Positions 1 through 9,168 of a DNA stretch of 64,000 bases are shown piece after piece. The translations under genes and the position numbers were made by a program. Origin of the DNA: Bacteroidota bacterium (GTDB taxonomy: Bacteria > Bacteroidota > Ignavibacteria > UBA10030 > UBA8401); the NCBI GenBank assembly GCA_040751955.1, contig JBFMFY010000001.1, positions 73,405-137,404 of the forward strand, in the 5' to 3' direction. Positions within the stretch are counted from its first letter, which is position 1. The number at the start of each line of letters is the position of its first letter. The notes beneath the pieces are model-generated. The model made no database searches, was not told the origin of the DNA, and saw only the letters and a program-made list of their open reading frames with translations.

Positions 1-115
1 CCTGTGCCATTCCATCATTGAAGTTTTTCCATTGCGGTTCCTTGCCATAGATGTAGCCGCTCAAGAATGCAATACCGAAACTTAGGAACAAAAACCGGGA
101 AAATGATTTCTTCAT
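1..115 (-). CDS. Partial CDS (N-terminus only; continues beyond window start): signal-anchor/secreted protein, MKKSFSRFLFLSFGIAFLSGYIYGKEPQWKNF...
   Basis: Manual reverse-complement translation from ATG at 115. Hydrophobic N-terminus typical of a signal peptide/TM anchor. Shorter than the 60-aa ORF-track cutoff. Confidence 0.35.
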   Translation of the reverse strand, partial: MKKSFSRFLFLSFGIAFLSGYIYGKEPQWKNFNDGMAQ

Positions 116-182
116 ATGTTGTCCTTATTTTTTCTTACACACTAACTAACATAGATAGGATGCGCACTGTTCCTGAAAAGGT

Positions 183-1202
183 TCACAAAGAGATAACTTT
201 TTCTATGCGCTCTATTACCGACTCGATTGATATTTCATCAAACGGGCAGATTTTAGGGTTGCCCGGACATCTTCCCTGGCAATATCCATCAGGCGGTTCG
301 ATGATCTCTGATTTATTCCCTAATGGTCCCCACAGTTTGTATGAACATGCGGTGAGCGGGCAGAAGAGTGCGACCGTGGGGACATCCAGCGCCGCAGCAA
401 TGTGCATTGTGCCGGTACTGGATGAAACAAGAACGCTCACCTGGCTTGTCAATGCCATCAGTTCCCGCAGGTCGTTGTCATCATAGAGAATTATCCTGTC
501 GCCGAAATGCTCAAAATATTTCCGGAGTCCGGAGTCTTTTGGACCGGCATTAATGAATACTTGATTATTCGTCAATAATCGTTCAGTCAAACGCACATAT
601 CGTTCGGGAAGCCAATTGGGAGATGAATTCTTTGATCCCGGATTAATTCCGATCAACGGTTTGTTGAAATTGATCCCCCGTTCGATAAAAAACTTCCTTG
701 CACCGGCACGTTCACTGGGAGTGAGGAACAGTTGTGGAGTGAGATCATTCTTTGCTGTGCCAATTTTTCTTCCAAGGTCCATCACGTAATCTGCCTCATG
801 CCGCAGAGGAATATACTTATTCCTGCTGACGCTTTTCGTTCCTGTAAGGATCTGATAAATTTTCCCACCGACACCGATACGCGTTTTTATTCCCGCAAGC
901 AACATCATCCATGCATGTCGTTCACGCGGAAGAGGCATGAGACCGGTGTCGAATCGATATTTCCGGAGCGTTTGTACCTGTTTCCAAAACCCGGCGCGTC
1001 CCGAATCTTTTCCTGCCGGATCATCGGTGATGATTTCATCCACGTACGGATTTTCTTTTATCAACGGAACCGTGTATGATCCGACCATCACGCCGACAAA
1101 ACATCCGGGGAATGAGATTTTTACTGCTTTCATTAATGGTGTGGTGAGAACAACATCGCCGATGCGGTCTGGGCGAATGATGAGGATGCGTCGCTGTTTC
1201 AT
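183..1202 (-). CDS. Glycosyltransferase family 9 (ADP-heptose:LPS heptosyltransferase-like)
   Basis: N-terminal RILIIRPDRIGDVVLTTP motif resembles WaaC/WaaF GT9 enzymes. 339 aa. 4-nt overlap with the upstream GT4 gene. Confidence 0.8.
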   Translation of the reverse strand: MKQRRILIIRPDRIGDVVLTTPLMKAVKISFPGCFVGVMVGSYTVPLIKENPYVDEIITDDPAGKDSGRAGFWKQVQTLRKYRFDTGLMPLPRERHAWMMLLAGIKTRIGVGGKIYQILTGTKSVSRNKYIPLRHEADYVMDLGRKIGTAKNDLTPQLFLTPSERAGARKFFIERGINFNKPLIGINPGSKNSSPNWLPERYVRLTERLLTNNQVFINAGPKDSGLRKYFEHFGDRIILYDDNDLRELMALTSQVSVLVSSSTGTMHIAAALDVPTVALFCPLTACSYKLWGPLGNKSEIIEPPDGYCQGRCPGNPKICPFDEISIESVIERIEKVISL

Positions 1203-2230
1203 GCAAAGACTTGGTTGTACACGGAAAGTGTTTTTTCAGCCACTTTATTCCAAAGAAATTCTTTCTTGATATGATGCTGTAAGACGGAATTTTTTTTCTT
1301 GTTCAACGCTGATTGTATTCCATTTGAAATGGATGCTATATCGTACGGATCGACGTATTCCGCCATCGTTTCAAAATAATCTTTAGTCCCTCCGAATGGT
1401 GTAATGACTATTTTAGCACCGGCAAGTCCCGCTTCAAGAGCAGCGATGCCGGGTGTCTCAAACATTGACGGCAGAGCAAACACATCGCACGCAGCGTATG
1501 CAGAGGCGAGCATCTCTGAATTGTTCTCCAGACCCGGAATGATTAGAACGTTCTTGTTTGCTTTTGCTTCTTCCACACATTGTTGTCCGAGAGTCCCTTC
1601 GGCTACTTTTCCGATGATAACAGATGGATGATCGATCTGCTTGAGTGCGCGGATAAGGTTGAGAACGTTTTTTCTCTTCGGTCCAATGTGCCCTACGTTG
1701 AGAATGAAATTCTCCATTCCATATTTCTTTTTAAACAATGATGGATCGCCATGCTCAAATCGAGCTTCTACACCGTTGGGGACGATGTGGATTTTCTTGG
1801 ATTCGATGTTCATCCCTTCAGAGATCAATCGCCCTTCATCGGTCGTATTTGGGAGAACTGCAGCTGACAAATCACAAATCTCCCGGGTAATCTCGTACCC
1901 AGTCCATACCGCAGGTTTTATTTTTCTTACCCAATTTGTTGCGGCAATCGTCGTACGTATGGCAGAAGGAGAATGCCGTGTAAAGAAAATTGGAGAGACA
2001 ACAAAAGGGATTCGATAGGAATCCAATATTTTTGCAGTGTGATAAGTACCGATATTTGCGGCAAAGATGTGAAAACGCAATTTTTCGGTGGTGGAGTAAT
2101 GCTTCCATGGATCGAACAATTCAACGTCAACCCCCAGGCGTTCAAGTTCATTCTTTGTTTGCATGATCTGAACACGAGGTCCGCCATGGATGATGGATAC
2201 TGGCTGATACCCTGCAAGGATGATTTTCAT
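1199..2230 (-). CDS. Glycosyltransferase family 4 (GT-B, Glycos_transf_1-like)
   Basis: 343 aa GT-B protein with a GT4-like architecture. Translationally coupled to both neighbours (4-nt overlaps). Confidence 0.75.
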   Translation of the reverse strand: MKIILAGYQPVSIIHGGPRVQIMQTKNELERLGVDVELFDPWKHYSTTEKLRFHIFAANIGTYHTAKILDSYRIPFVVSPIFFTRHSPSAIRTTIAATNWVRKIKPAVWTGYEITREICDLSAAVLPNTTDEGRLISEGMNIESKKIHIVPNGVEARFEHGDPSLFKKKYGMENFILNVGHIGPKRKNVLNLIRALKQIDHPSVIIGKVAEGTLGQQCVEEAKANKNVLIIPGLENNSEMLASAYAACDVFALPSMFETPGIAALEAGLAGAKIVITPFGGTKDYFETMAEYVDPYDIASISNGIQSALNKKKNSVLQHHIKKEFLWNKVAEKTLSVYNQVFA

Positions 2231-3774
2231 TCTTTTAACCGATAATACATTTCGAGCATGTTGATAAGGATATGCCGCGGATCGAATTTTCGTGCTTTCA
2301 TGATATCGTGCGGAATAGATCCTTTTGTTGTCCTCTTGGTTTCTTCTATCGTATTCGGCAATGTTACTTTTTCCGGAGATACAATCGTTTCATTTCCCGA
2401 TGCGGATGAGATGCGAAGCCAGACATCCGAATATTTGAAACGATGTTGTCCGGTAATAGTTCCGGTCTCCGGTTGAAAAGAAAACTCATGTGAAGATTCC
2501 AACCGTTTATTCCACCATGATGCATACTCCTTATATGAAAGGGATGTAACTTGCTGCTCGTGAATATACCTGAAAATATTTTCGAATACATCACTGAAAT
2601 GATGTGTTGGGTGATGGTACAAACAGACAGGCTCATGCTGTGAAATCTTACGCTGTATCGTATCACGAAAATATGCTTCCTGATCGTGCGGAGTCATTCT
2701 CGCACGACGCATGACACCGGGGCAGACAGGATGAACGGGAAGTTGAAGGACGGATGAAAAACGATCTCCGAGCCACGGATACGAGGGAAGATTATCATAA
2801 TCAAAACTGAATTCTGATGAATACTGCAATCCTAATTTTTCGAATGCGAAACCGAGCGACACATTCCATTCACCGCGTGGAGCAGATGCCCCGGCAACGT
2901 CACCGCAATGTTTACGAATGTGCATTATTGCTTTTTCAAAATTCTTAAAGTTTTCATCCATCGATTTGTAAACCGTATGATCGTAACAGTGGACACCGAT
3001 TTCTTGGCTTTTAAATTTAGAAAAATATTCCACCCATGATTCATGACTTTTGACATCCAGAAACCAACTTGTCGGGATCGAATATTTTTCCGATAGTGCA
3101 AATAGTTCTTCCACTTCATCTCGGCTTCCCTTGTCCGAATCGATCCGAAATGTAAAAATCGTCGGTTCGTTCTTCGGGAAATACCATGTATGGATGAAGG
3201 GGAGATTTCGTCTGTGATAAAGATATTCTAACGCTGATGTGATGAGCGAGCGCAACGTTCCTTTCGAAACGGATGAAACGCGTTCATTCGGCATTCTTTC
3301 GGTTTGGGAATAGAAATTCTTTCTTTTATCTCTCTGTTGTATCATGAGTGCATTCACATCGAACGGAATGTTGATGATGAATCCGTTCAAATGATGATGT
3401 ACGGAGATTCCATGTACACTCGCAAATGTTTTGCCGTACGAATAAATATCGAGGATATCGTTGGCGGTGCCATATTCCGTTGTAATGGGGGGAATGGATC
3501 CGTAAAACATCTGTCGCGGTGAAATCGAGAGGAGTTGCTCAGCATTTCCATTGACTGATAAAATATTGCCGCTATGCGTCAGGAACTCATGCAGCAAATT
3601 CTTTTGAGCAGTAGAGCACCGGGAATTCAGAATGATGACACCGTAGTGCTGCCCAATGTTTGCATCGAAATCTGAAATGACTTTCCAGTTCAATCCGATC
3701 TGGCGCAAAATAATCTCCCATCCCGGTTCGTATGCCGTAATACCGACTGTTAAATTGATTGCCTGTTCATTCAT
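2227..3774 (-). CDS. Large hypothetical protein with divergent CE4/NodB-like polysaccharide deacetylase domain
   Basis: 515 aa. The C-terminal half has CE4-like motifs TFRIDSD, HCYDH and LYHHP that are degenerate relative to canonical TFDDG, H(S/T)xxH and LxHD. It sits inside the GT9/GT4 operon. Confidence 0.5.
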   Translation of the reverse strand: MNEQAINLTVGITAYEPGWEIILRQIGLNWKVISDFDANIGQHYGVIILNSRCSTAQKNLLHEFLTHSGNILSVNGNAEQLLSISPRQMFYGSIPPITTEYGTANDILDIYSYGKTFASVHGISVHHHLNGFIINIPFDVNALMIQQRDKRKNFYSQTERMPNERVSSVSKGTLRSLITSALEYLYHRRNLPFIHTWYFPKNEPTIFTFRIDSDKGSRDEVEELFALSEKYSIPTSWFLDVKSHESWVEYFSKFKSQEIGVHCYDHTVYKSMDENFKNFEKAIMHIRKHCGDVAGASAPRGEWNVSLGFAFEKLGLQYSSEFSFDYDNLPSYPWLGDRFSSVLQLPVHPVCPGVMRRARMTPHDQEAYFRDTIQRKISQHEPVCLYHHPTHHFSDVFENIFRYIHEQQVTSLSYKEYASWWNKRLESSHEFSFQPETGTITGQHRFKYSDVWLRISSASGNETIVSPEKVTLPNTIEETKRTTKGSIPHDIMKARKFDPRHILINMLEMYYRLKE

Positions 3775-4754
3775 ATATACAATGACCGTATCACTTGATG
3801 CAGCTGCTCGGTACGCAATGTCTGTGGAAAATTTTCAATGATCCTTTTTCTTGCTTTCTTCCCTGCGTCTGCATTCAGCATGAGGGCGTTACGGATGGCA
3901 CTAACGATATCGTTACGCCGCTCGGGATCAACAATGAATCCAGTATCACCGATGCCGTTTGGAATGCCGAACCTGTCCGATCCAACGGGAATGCATTCGC
4001 ACAGCATCGCTTCGCAGAGAGAATTTGGCAAACCTTCGTGTCTTGACAGTTGGCAATAGACATGAGCCCTCTGGTAGTACAGCAGCAGTTCTTCTTGAGT
4101 AAGCGAAGGGTATATGTGGACATTGTCGGGAACGGAGAATTGTTGTGCAACAGATTCTGCAATGCCGATGATGATAAATTGTACATCTGTCATGTTGTGT
4201 GCAACATCGAGGAGAATATCAAATCCTTTTTTCTTGAACCGCGCCAGCGTATGTATAGAACCGACACTGAGAACGAAATTCTCTTTCACCGCGCCGGGTT
4301 TCCAGCGTTCAGGATCGTATCCTGTCGGTACGACCTGAATGTTGTGTCCGTCGTACTTTGCCAATCGGATCGCTTCACGCTTCAATGACTCGTCAACAGC
4401 GAGCACGGCATCGGCATGGGTTATTCCGTAACGGACAATTATCGCCTTCCACCAGCTGTTCCAAATTCCATAGTCATATTCTTTTTCTTTTGCAACATCA
4501 ACACCGCCAAGAATGATGATCGATTTTTTCCCGAAGAGTTTTGCGATGAAGACCAGTGTTGATGAATACACTGAGGCAAACCATGAGAATGTAATATCGC
4601 AGTGTCTGATCTCATTCAGGAATTTCCTGAACGTACCGACTCCGGACGAGATGACTTCAGTGACAGAGTATTGCGAACGGAGTGTTTGCAAATCTTCCTG
4701 AATGAAAGGGGTTGAAAAAGTAGCAGTGAACAGTATTCTTGGTTTATTGTTCAC
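3771..4754 (-). CDS. Glycosyltransferase family 4
   Basis: Contains the RHEGLPNSLCEAMLCECIPV motif (EX7E, Glycos_transf_1). 327 aa. Confidence 0.8.
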   Translation of the reverse strand: MNNKPRILFTATFSTPFIQEDLQTLRSQYSVTEVISSGVGTFRKFLNEIRHCDITFSWFASVYSSTLVFIAKLFGKKSIIILGGVDVAKEKEYDYGIWNSWWKAIIVRYGITHADAVLAVDESLKREAIRLAKYDGHNIQVVPTGYDPERWKPGAVKENFVLSVGSIHTLARFKKKGFDILLDVAHNMTDVQFIIIGIAESVAQQFSVPDNVHIYPSLTQEELLLYYQRAHVYCQLSRHEGLPNSLCEAMLCECIPVGSDRFGIPNGIGDTGFIVDPERRNDIVSAIRNALMLNADAGKKARKRIIENFPQTLRTEQLHQVIRSLYI

Positions 4755-4768
4755 GTCGAAGAATGATG

Positions 4769-5653
4769 TTACAAGAGAAACGAGAATGAGAATGTATGGG
4801 TGGAGGTAAATCCCTCCGTGAATGGAACAAATGCATAATCGAACTTTACAATGCCGTAGCGCACGCCGAATCCACTTGTGAGAGATGTGTTGCTGTATCC
4901 CGTCCTGTACCCGGCACGAATTGCAAAGAGTCGATCATACATCGCTTCAACACCCGCATTGAAATGTGTCTGTTTGTCATTCAGTGTTTTAACAACATCT
5001 GCAGCGCCGATAAGAGAGATTTGTTCGATCCCGGAATAATTGTATGCAGCGCCTGCACGTATGGTTGTTGGCAATTCGGTCGCTTGACTTCTCAGCACAT
5101 TCATTGAACCGATATTCAGGATGCTTGCGCCGAACATAAGATCGTCGGAGTACCGGTACGATCCGCCGATATCGAATCCGTATCCCGATGCTTCATCAAC
5201 AAAGATCTTTTCATATAAAAACTTTCCGGTAAGACCGACTGCAAGTCGTTCGTCGATGGAGAATGAGAGCGTCATTCCTAATGCAAAATTCTGTGCGCTG
5301 AATGTTCCTTCGGGAGGACCCGGTTTTGTTCGAACTTCAATTTCCCCCACAGATGTATTCAGTGCGGAGAAACCGTAACTGAAATTCTCGCCCAGTACCG
5401 ATGCGCCAAGATACTCTGATGATGTCTCAGCAATCCATTCTTTGTGCATCAATTGAAGTTCATGTTCTTTTGCAAACCGCAACGAGGCGGGGTTGTAAAA
5501 AAGGGAAGAGTGGTCCGATGCCATTGCGGTGTACGCTTCGCCCATCGCAATTGAACGCGCACCCACGCCCAGTTTCAGGAACGACAATCCCGTTCCTGTT
5601 TCTTGAGCTGCCGCGCTTCCGGCTATAAGGATGATGAAGAAAGATTTTTTCAT
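4769..5653 (-). CDS. PorV/PorQ-family outer-membrane beta-barrel protein (T9SS-associated, FadL-like)
   Basis: Signal peptide followed by GxGARxxAMGxA...NPAS near the N-terminus, as in PorV/LptO-like proteins. 294 aa. ATGA overlap with the paralog upstream. Confidence 0.6.
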   Translation of the reverse strand: MKKSFFIILIAGSAAAQETGTGLSFLKLGVGARSIAMGEAYTAMASDHSSLFYNPASLRFAKEHELQLMHKEWIAETSSEYLGASVLGENFSYGFSALNTSVGEIEVRTKPGPPEGTFSAQNFALGMTLSFSIDERLAVGLTGKFLYEKIFVDEASGYGFDIGGSYRYSDDLMFGASILNIGSMNVLRSQATELPTTIRAGAAYNYSGIEQISLIGAADVVKTLNDKQTHFNAGVEAMYDRLFAIRAGYRTGYSNTSLTSGFGVRYGIVKFDYAFVPFTEGFTSTHTFSFSFLL

Positions 5654-6624
5654 TGAAGTTTTATTGAAAGGGCAAGGATATGCATGGCAAAAACATTGTA
5701 CGGCTCAACAACATACGCATACGTGAATGACGGATTCCAGTCATTCACTTCAGTCCGGACCGTGAATCCGAATGACGGGTGTGCTTGTTTTGTATCTTCC
5801 AGATCCCAACCATCCAATCCTGAACGAAGCGTCACGTACTCATTGACGGTATATTCGGCGCCGACCCGCAAGATGTTTGTTGCTCGATTGCTGTTCTCAT
5901 ATTCCACCGACAAAACGCCGGATTGGTTTTCCAGAGTGTACGAAATTCCGATTGCTTTCCGTATGGGAAATTTTTCGGTGGTCGTATTCCCTTCGGTATC
6001 GTACAACGGTGACGTATCCCACCTGTACTTGGCGTTAAGATCTTTCACCACCGCACCGATGACAATATTCGATGTCAACGAGTACAATACCCCGACATCA
6101 AATCCTAAACCGGTTGAAGACAGATCTTCGAACAATGAATAGTAATAAATCTTGGTGGATAAGCCAAGTGTGATCTTTCTGATCTTCAATGCAAACGACA
6201 GACTGAATTGATTTTCCGACGTCGAATACGTTTCTGTATGGAATCCGTCGATATCCCTTCCGTCAATATCTGAAACGCCAGTGTTGAGGATCCTGACTGC
6301 AACGCCGGCATTCGTGTCGATCGGTTGTCCGTAAAATAATGCATTTAAATTTCTGTCTAACGAAAGCGCACCATATGAAAGGGTGGCATATTGTCCATCG
6401 AGGTGTTTGACTGATGCAGGATTGTAATATCCGGAATTTTCTCCATGCAATACGGCAATCATCGCATTTCCCATTCCCATTCCCCGCGCGCCAAATCCCA
6501 ATCGCGTTGCTGCACCCGCCGTGCCGGCAAGCTGCGCATTCGTGATACTCGAGACGAGGATACACAATAGTGCGATATTCAATTTATTGGATGACAAGAA
6601 TTTTTCCCCAGCGTGGTTCGTCAT
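5650..6624 (-). CDS. PorV/PorQ-family outer-membrane beta-barrel protein (paralog)
   Basis: Has the same GFGARGMGMGNA...YYNPASV N-terminal signature. 324 aa. The start may be internal, because the listed ORF overlaps the upstream gene end by 41 nt. Confidence 0.55.
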   Translation of the reverse strand: MTNHAGEKFLSSNKLNIALLCILVSSITNAQLAGTAGAATRLGFGARGMGMGNAMIAVLHGENSGYYNPASVKHLDGQYATLSYGALSLDRNLNALFYGQPIDTNAGVAVRILNTGVSDIDGRDIDGFHTETYSTSENQFSLSFALKIRKITLGLSTKIYYYSLFEDLSSTGLGFDVGVLYSLTSNIVIGAVVKDLNAKYRWDTSPLYDTEGNTTTEKFPIRKAIGISYTLENQSGVLSVEYENSNRATNILRVGAEYTVNEYVTLRSGLDGWDLEDTKQAHPSFGFTVRTEVNDWNPSFTYAYVVEPYNVFAMHILALSIKLQ

Positions 6625-8158
6625 TATCGATTGTCAGTTGATAAAAATATACACCGTTACTCACGAATTCATTCTTTTCGTTTCTTCCGTTCCAGATCTC
6701 GTCATGTTCTCGGTTCGGTTCACGCAGAACATTTTGCACGATTGTCTTCACGAGGTTCATCCCATAATCAAAAATTCTCAGATTTACTTCTACACTGCCC
6801 GGCTTTCCGGTGGTATAATGAATTCGCACGATCTCATCATCCGGCGCAAACGGATTGGGATACGCGTATGTGTCTGTTTTTAAAGCGAGAGATTGAGATG
6901 CGTGAATGATGTTCCAGTTACTTCCAAACGGATTCGATGCATTATCAATTGTCGTTACAGTGCCATCCACTCCGCCAAACCACGCAGTGTCACCATGCGC
7001 TGCTGCGGAGTAAAATGCGGTTTGAGTATATCGTTGACGATTCATCGGATCATAGATCGTTCCAGTTTTAATCCACGACGCGCCGAAATCGCTTGAACGA
7101 AAAATTCCGTTGTCGGTCGGGATATAGACGACATCCCCTTTGAATCCAAAATTATGTGGAAACTCTTGCAGCAAAGTCTGTTTCCACGTCATCCCTCCGT
7201 CGTCGGAATAACTCACGCCACGTACTTCTGTATTGTCGTTCGCATTGATGGTTGCTGCCCACATGATCTTCTTCGATCCTGTCTGTTGATGTCCGAGTGC
7301 AACCACAAAATTCCCGCTGATAGGCTGGATCTGATTTTGTTTTGTAAATCGAACCCACGATTTGCCATTGTCGGTAGTTTTATTGATTCCTCCTGCTGTA
7401 CCGATCCAGATAGTGGAATCATTCTCAGCGAACACGGAAAATGCGCGATGGTTCAGATTTTCCCTTAGTCCGAGCGCGCCTCCGCTTGGGGAAAGATCGA
7501 AAGCGAGAGAGTCGTTGATAGATATTGAGTTCAAATTATCCGGTGGAATGATCACACGCTGCCACGTCTGTCCCTTGTCGGTTGATCTTCGGACCATTCC
7601 GGCAAACGATGTAATCCACACAGCGTTGTTTGTTAATGCGATATCGTACGTAATGTTGTTGATAGCAGTCGTGATCCCCAAAGCGCGAATCGTACTTTTC
7701 GAATTCCAGAACAGCGTATCGACATTGTTTGTGTCGAGCGGCTGGGGAATCGACACCCATGTTATTCCGCCATCCGTCGAACGTTTGAATCCGCTTCCTT
7801 CCGGCAGTGATGCATCGTTGCGGATCACGGAATGAGCGGTGGCTACCCATATCTCATTGCCGCGCACTGCAATAGCAGAGACATCTTCAGTGCCGAACTC
7901 CGGTGTGTTATAATAATTTTTCCACGATCTGCCGCCATCAATGGAACGGCTCAAACCTTTTCCCGTGCCGAGCCAAATGGTGTCGTTTTGAATGACGATA
8001 TCAGTGACAACATTGCTTGCCGGTAATGATTGAGAAACAGATGCCGATTGTAACGAAAGCGACAATGAACGGGGAATGGAAATCTGTGCAATCGCATTGA
8101 ATGAGATTGAAAGAAGAAGCAAAACAATGCGTGTGTATTTATTGAATGACGATGTCAT
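6584..8158 (-). CDS. BNR/Asp-box repeat beta-propeller protein with T9SS C-terminal sorting domain (secreted cargo)
   Basis: Six SxDxGxTW Asp-box repeats (SIDGGRSW, STDGGITW, STDKGQTW, TTDNGKSW, SDDGGMTW, SSDFGASW). C-terminus NPFAP...GVYFYQL...KILVIQ is a T9SS CTD. Start placed at the internal ATG (residue 58 of the ORF) just ahead of the signal peptide MTSSFNKYTRIVLLLLSISFNAIAQ. The longer ORF would overlap the upstream gene. Confidence 0.65.
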   Translation of the reverse strand: MTSSFNKYTRIVLLLLSISFNAIAQISIPRSLSLSLQSASVSQSLPASNVVTDIVIQNDTIWLGTGKGLSRSIDGGRSWKNYYNTPEFGTEDVSAIAVRGNEIWVATAHSVIRNDASLPEGSGFKRSTDGGITWVSIPQPLDTNNVDTLFWNSKSTIRALGITTAINNITYDIALTNNAVWITSFAGMVRRSTDKGQTWQRVIIPPDNLNSISINDSLAFDLSPSGGALGLRENLNHRAFSVFAENDSTIWIGTAGGINKTTDNGKSWVRFTKQNQIQPISGNFVVALGHQQTGSKKIMWAATINANDNTEVRGVSYSDDGGMTWKQTLLQEFPHNFGFKGDVVYIPTDNGIFRSSDFGASWIKTGTIYDPMNRQRYTQTAFYSAAAHGDTAWFGGVDGTVTTIDNASNPFGSNWNIIHASQSLALKTDTYAYPNPFAPDDEIVRIHYTTGKPGSVEVNLRIFDYGMNLVKTIVQNVLREPNREHDEIWNGRNEKNEFVSNGVYFYQLTIDNDEPRWGKILVIQ

Positions 8159-8999
8159 GCTTAACAGGAAGACTTTTTGTGTTTGCCAGATCAATTGCTT
8201 CAAAGACAAAGCGACGTGTTCCTTTCGGAACATCAGGCGGAAGAAAGAGCGTGACAGAATATTTTCCATCACCCGGGATTCTATCAGTGTTGCCGTTTCC
8301 AGCAGTATTGTCTTTGCCTCCGTCGTCAAACAGCCTAATTGGAAGACCGCGTGGATTCACAGTGTCGGGTAGTAGGTATGCATTAAAAAAAACCTGAGCA
8401 ATGTCCGCTGTTCCATCTTCATCACGCACATAGGCAAAGATTTCGACTGTCTGAGGTGTAGTGCCGAGTGTTAGAGTATCCGGGACTTGAACTGAATCAA
8501 TGACCGGATTTCTGTTATTTCGGGTGACAGTGTAGAATGTTGTAATTGTGGGACTTGTTGCCTGCGAATTGCCCCCTTCAACCGATACGATCAATTTTCC
8601 GTAGTAACTACGTTTAACAGAAAAATCTACGGATCCGGAGTATATGCTGTCTCCGCCGATAACATCCGGAAAAATTCCTTCGTCATTAAGAGAAGCAAAA
8701 CCTATTGAAGAATTATTCTGAAACACTTTGATAGATGTCGAAAGAGAAATTTGATTTCTATTTCGATTAGCTTTTACAAATACATTTGTGGCGAGAGAAA
8801 TATTATCATTGGGTGTTTGCGCACCGTTGACGAATATTGAATCTGTATTGACACTGTCCGGCGTGATGGTGATCGATGATACTGTCAATGTCTCTACCGT
8901 CGGTTCGATTACAGAAGAATCTTCAAGCGAGCACTGCAGGTTGATGACGGCAAGTAGAGCCGCTAAGGTAAGAAGAGTATGTCGAGTTGATTTCATCAT
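8139..8999 (-). CDS. Secreted hypothetical protein (signal peptide; possible T9SS/surface protein)
   Basis: N-terminal MMKSTRHTLLTLAALLAVINLQCS signal peptide. No recognisable catalytic motif. First ATG is at 8999; the ORF-track start at 9002 is TTG. Confidence 0.5.
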   Translation of the reverse strand: MMKSTRHTLLTLAALLAVINLQCSLEDSSVIEPTVETLTVSSITITPDSVNTDSIFVNGAQTPNDNISLATNVFVKANRNRNQISLSTSIKVFQNNSSIGFASLNDEGIFPDVIGGDSIYSGSVDFSVKRSYYGKLIVSVEGGNSQATSPTITTFYTVTRNNRNPVIDSVQVPDTLTLGTTPQTVEIFAYVRDEDGTADIAQVFFNAYLLPDTVNPRGLPIRLFDDGGKDNTAGNGNTDRIPGDGKYSVTLFLPPDVPKGTRRFVFEAIDLANTKSLPVKHDIVIQ

Positions 9000-9000
9000 C

Positions 9001-9029
9001 AAAAAAAAACCGAGGCTTTATCCTCGGTT
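9001..9029 (-). terminator. Rho-independent terminator after the M50 protease operon (hairpin ACCGAGG...CCTCGGT plus U9), abutting the start codon of the downstream gene
   Basis: Inverted repeat at 9009-9028 followed, on the minus-strand RNA, by about nine U residues. Confidence 0.5.
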
Positions 9030-9168
9030 CCTGATAAAGCAGTCTGCAATGAAAAAGTTGTTGAGTGCTATAAAACTGACAATTACTTCGTATCGAACTT
9101 TTCTATGGCTGACTGCCTGTTGTTAATGATTCTGGACTATGATACCGAAATTTCGCCCGATTGTCAAA

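Noticed and set aside
5684-6883. Plus-strand ORFs 5684-6142 (152 aa) and 6521-6883 (120 aa) opposite the PorV-like and BNR genes
   Set aside because: Antisense to confidently called genes, with no recognisable domain. Typical spurious ORFs in GC-balanced DNA.
8159-8329. 57-aa N-terminal extension of the BNR/T9SS cargo ORF
   Set aside because: The extension lacks a signal peptide and overlaps the upstream gene. The internal Met is immediately followed by a canonical signal peptide.
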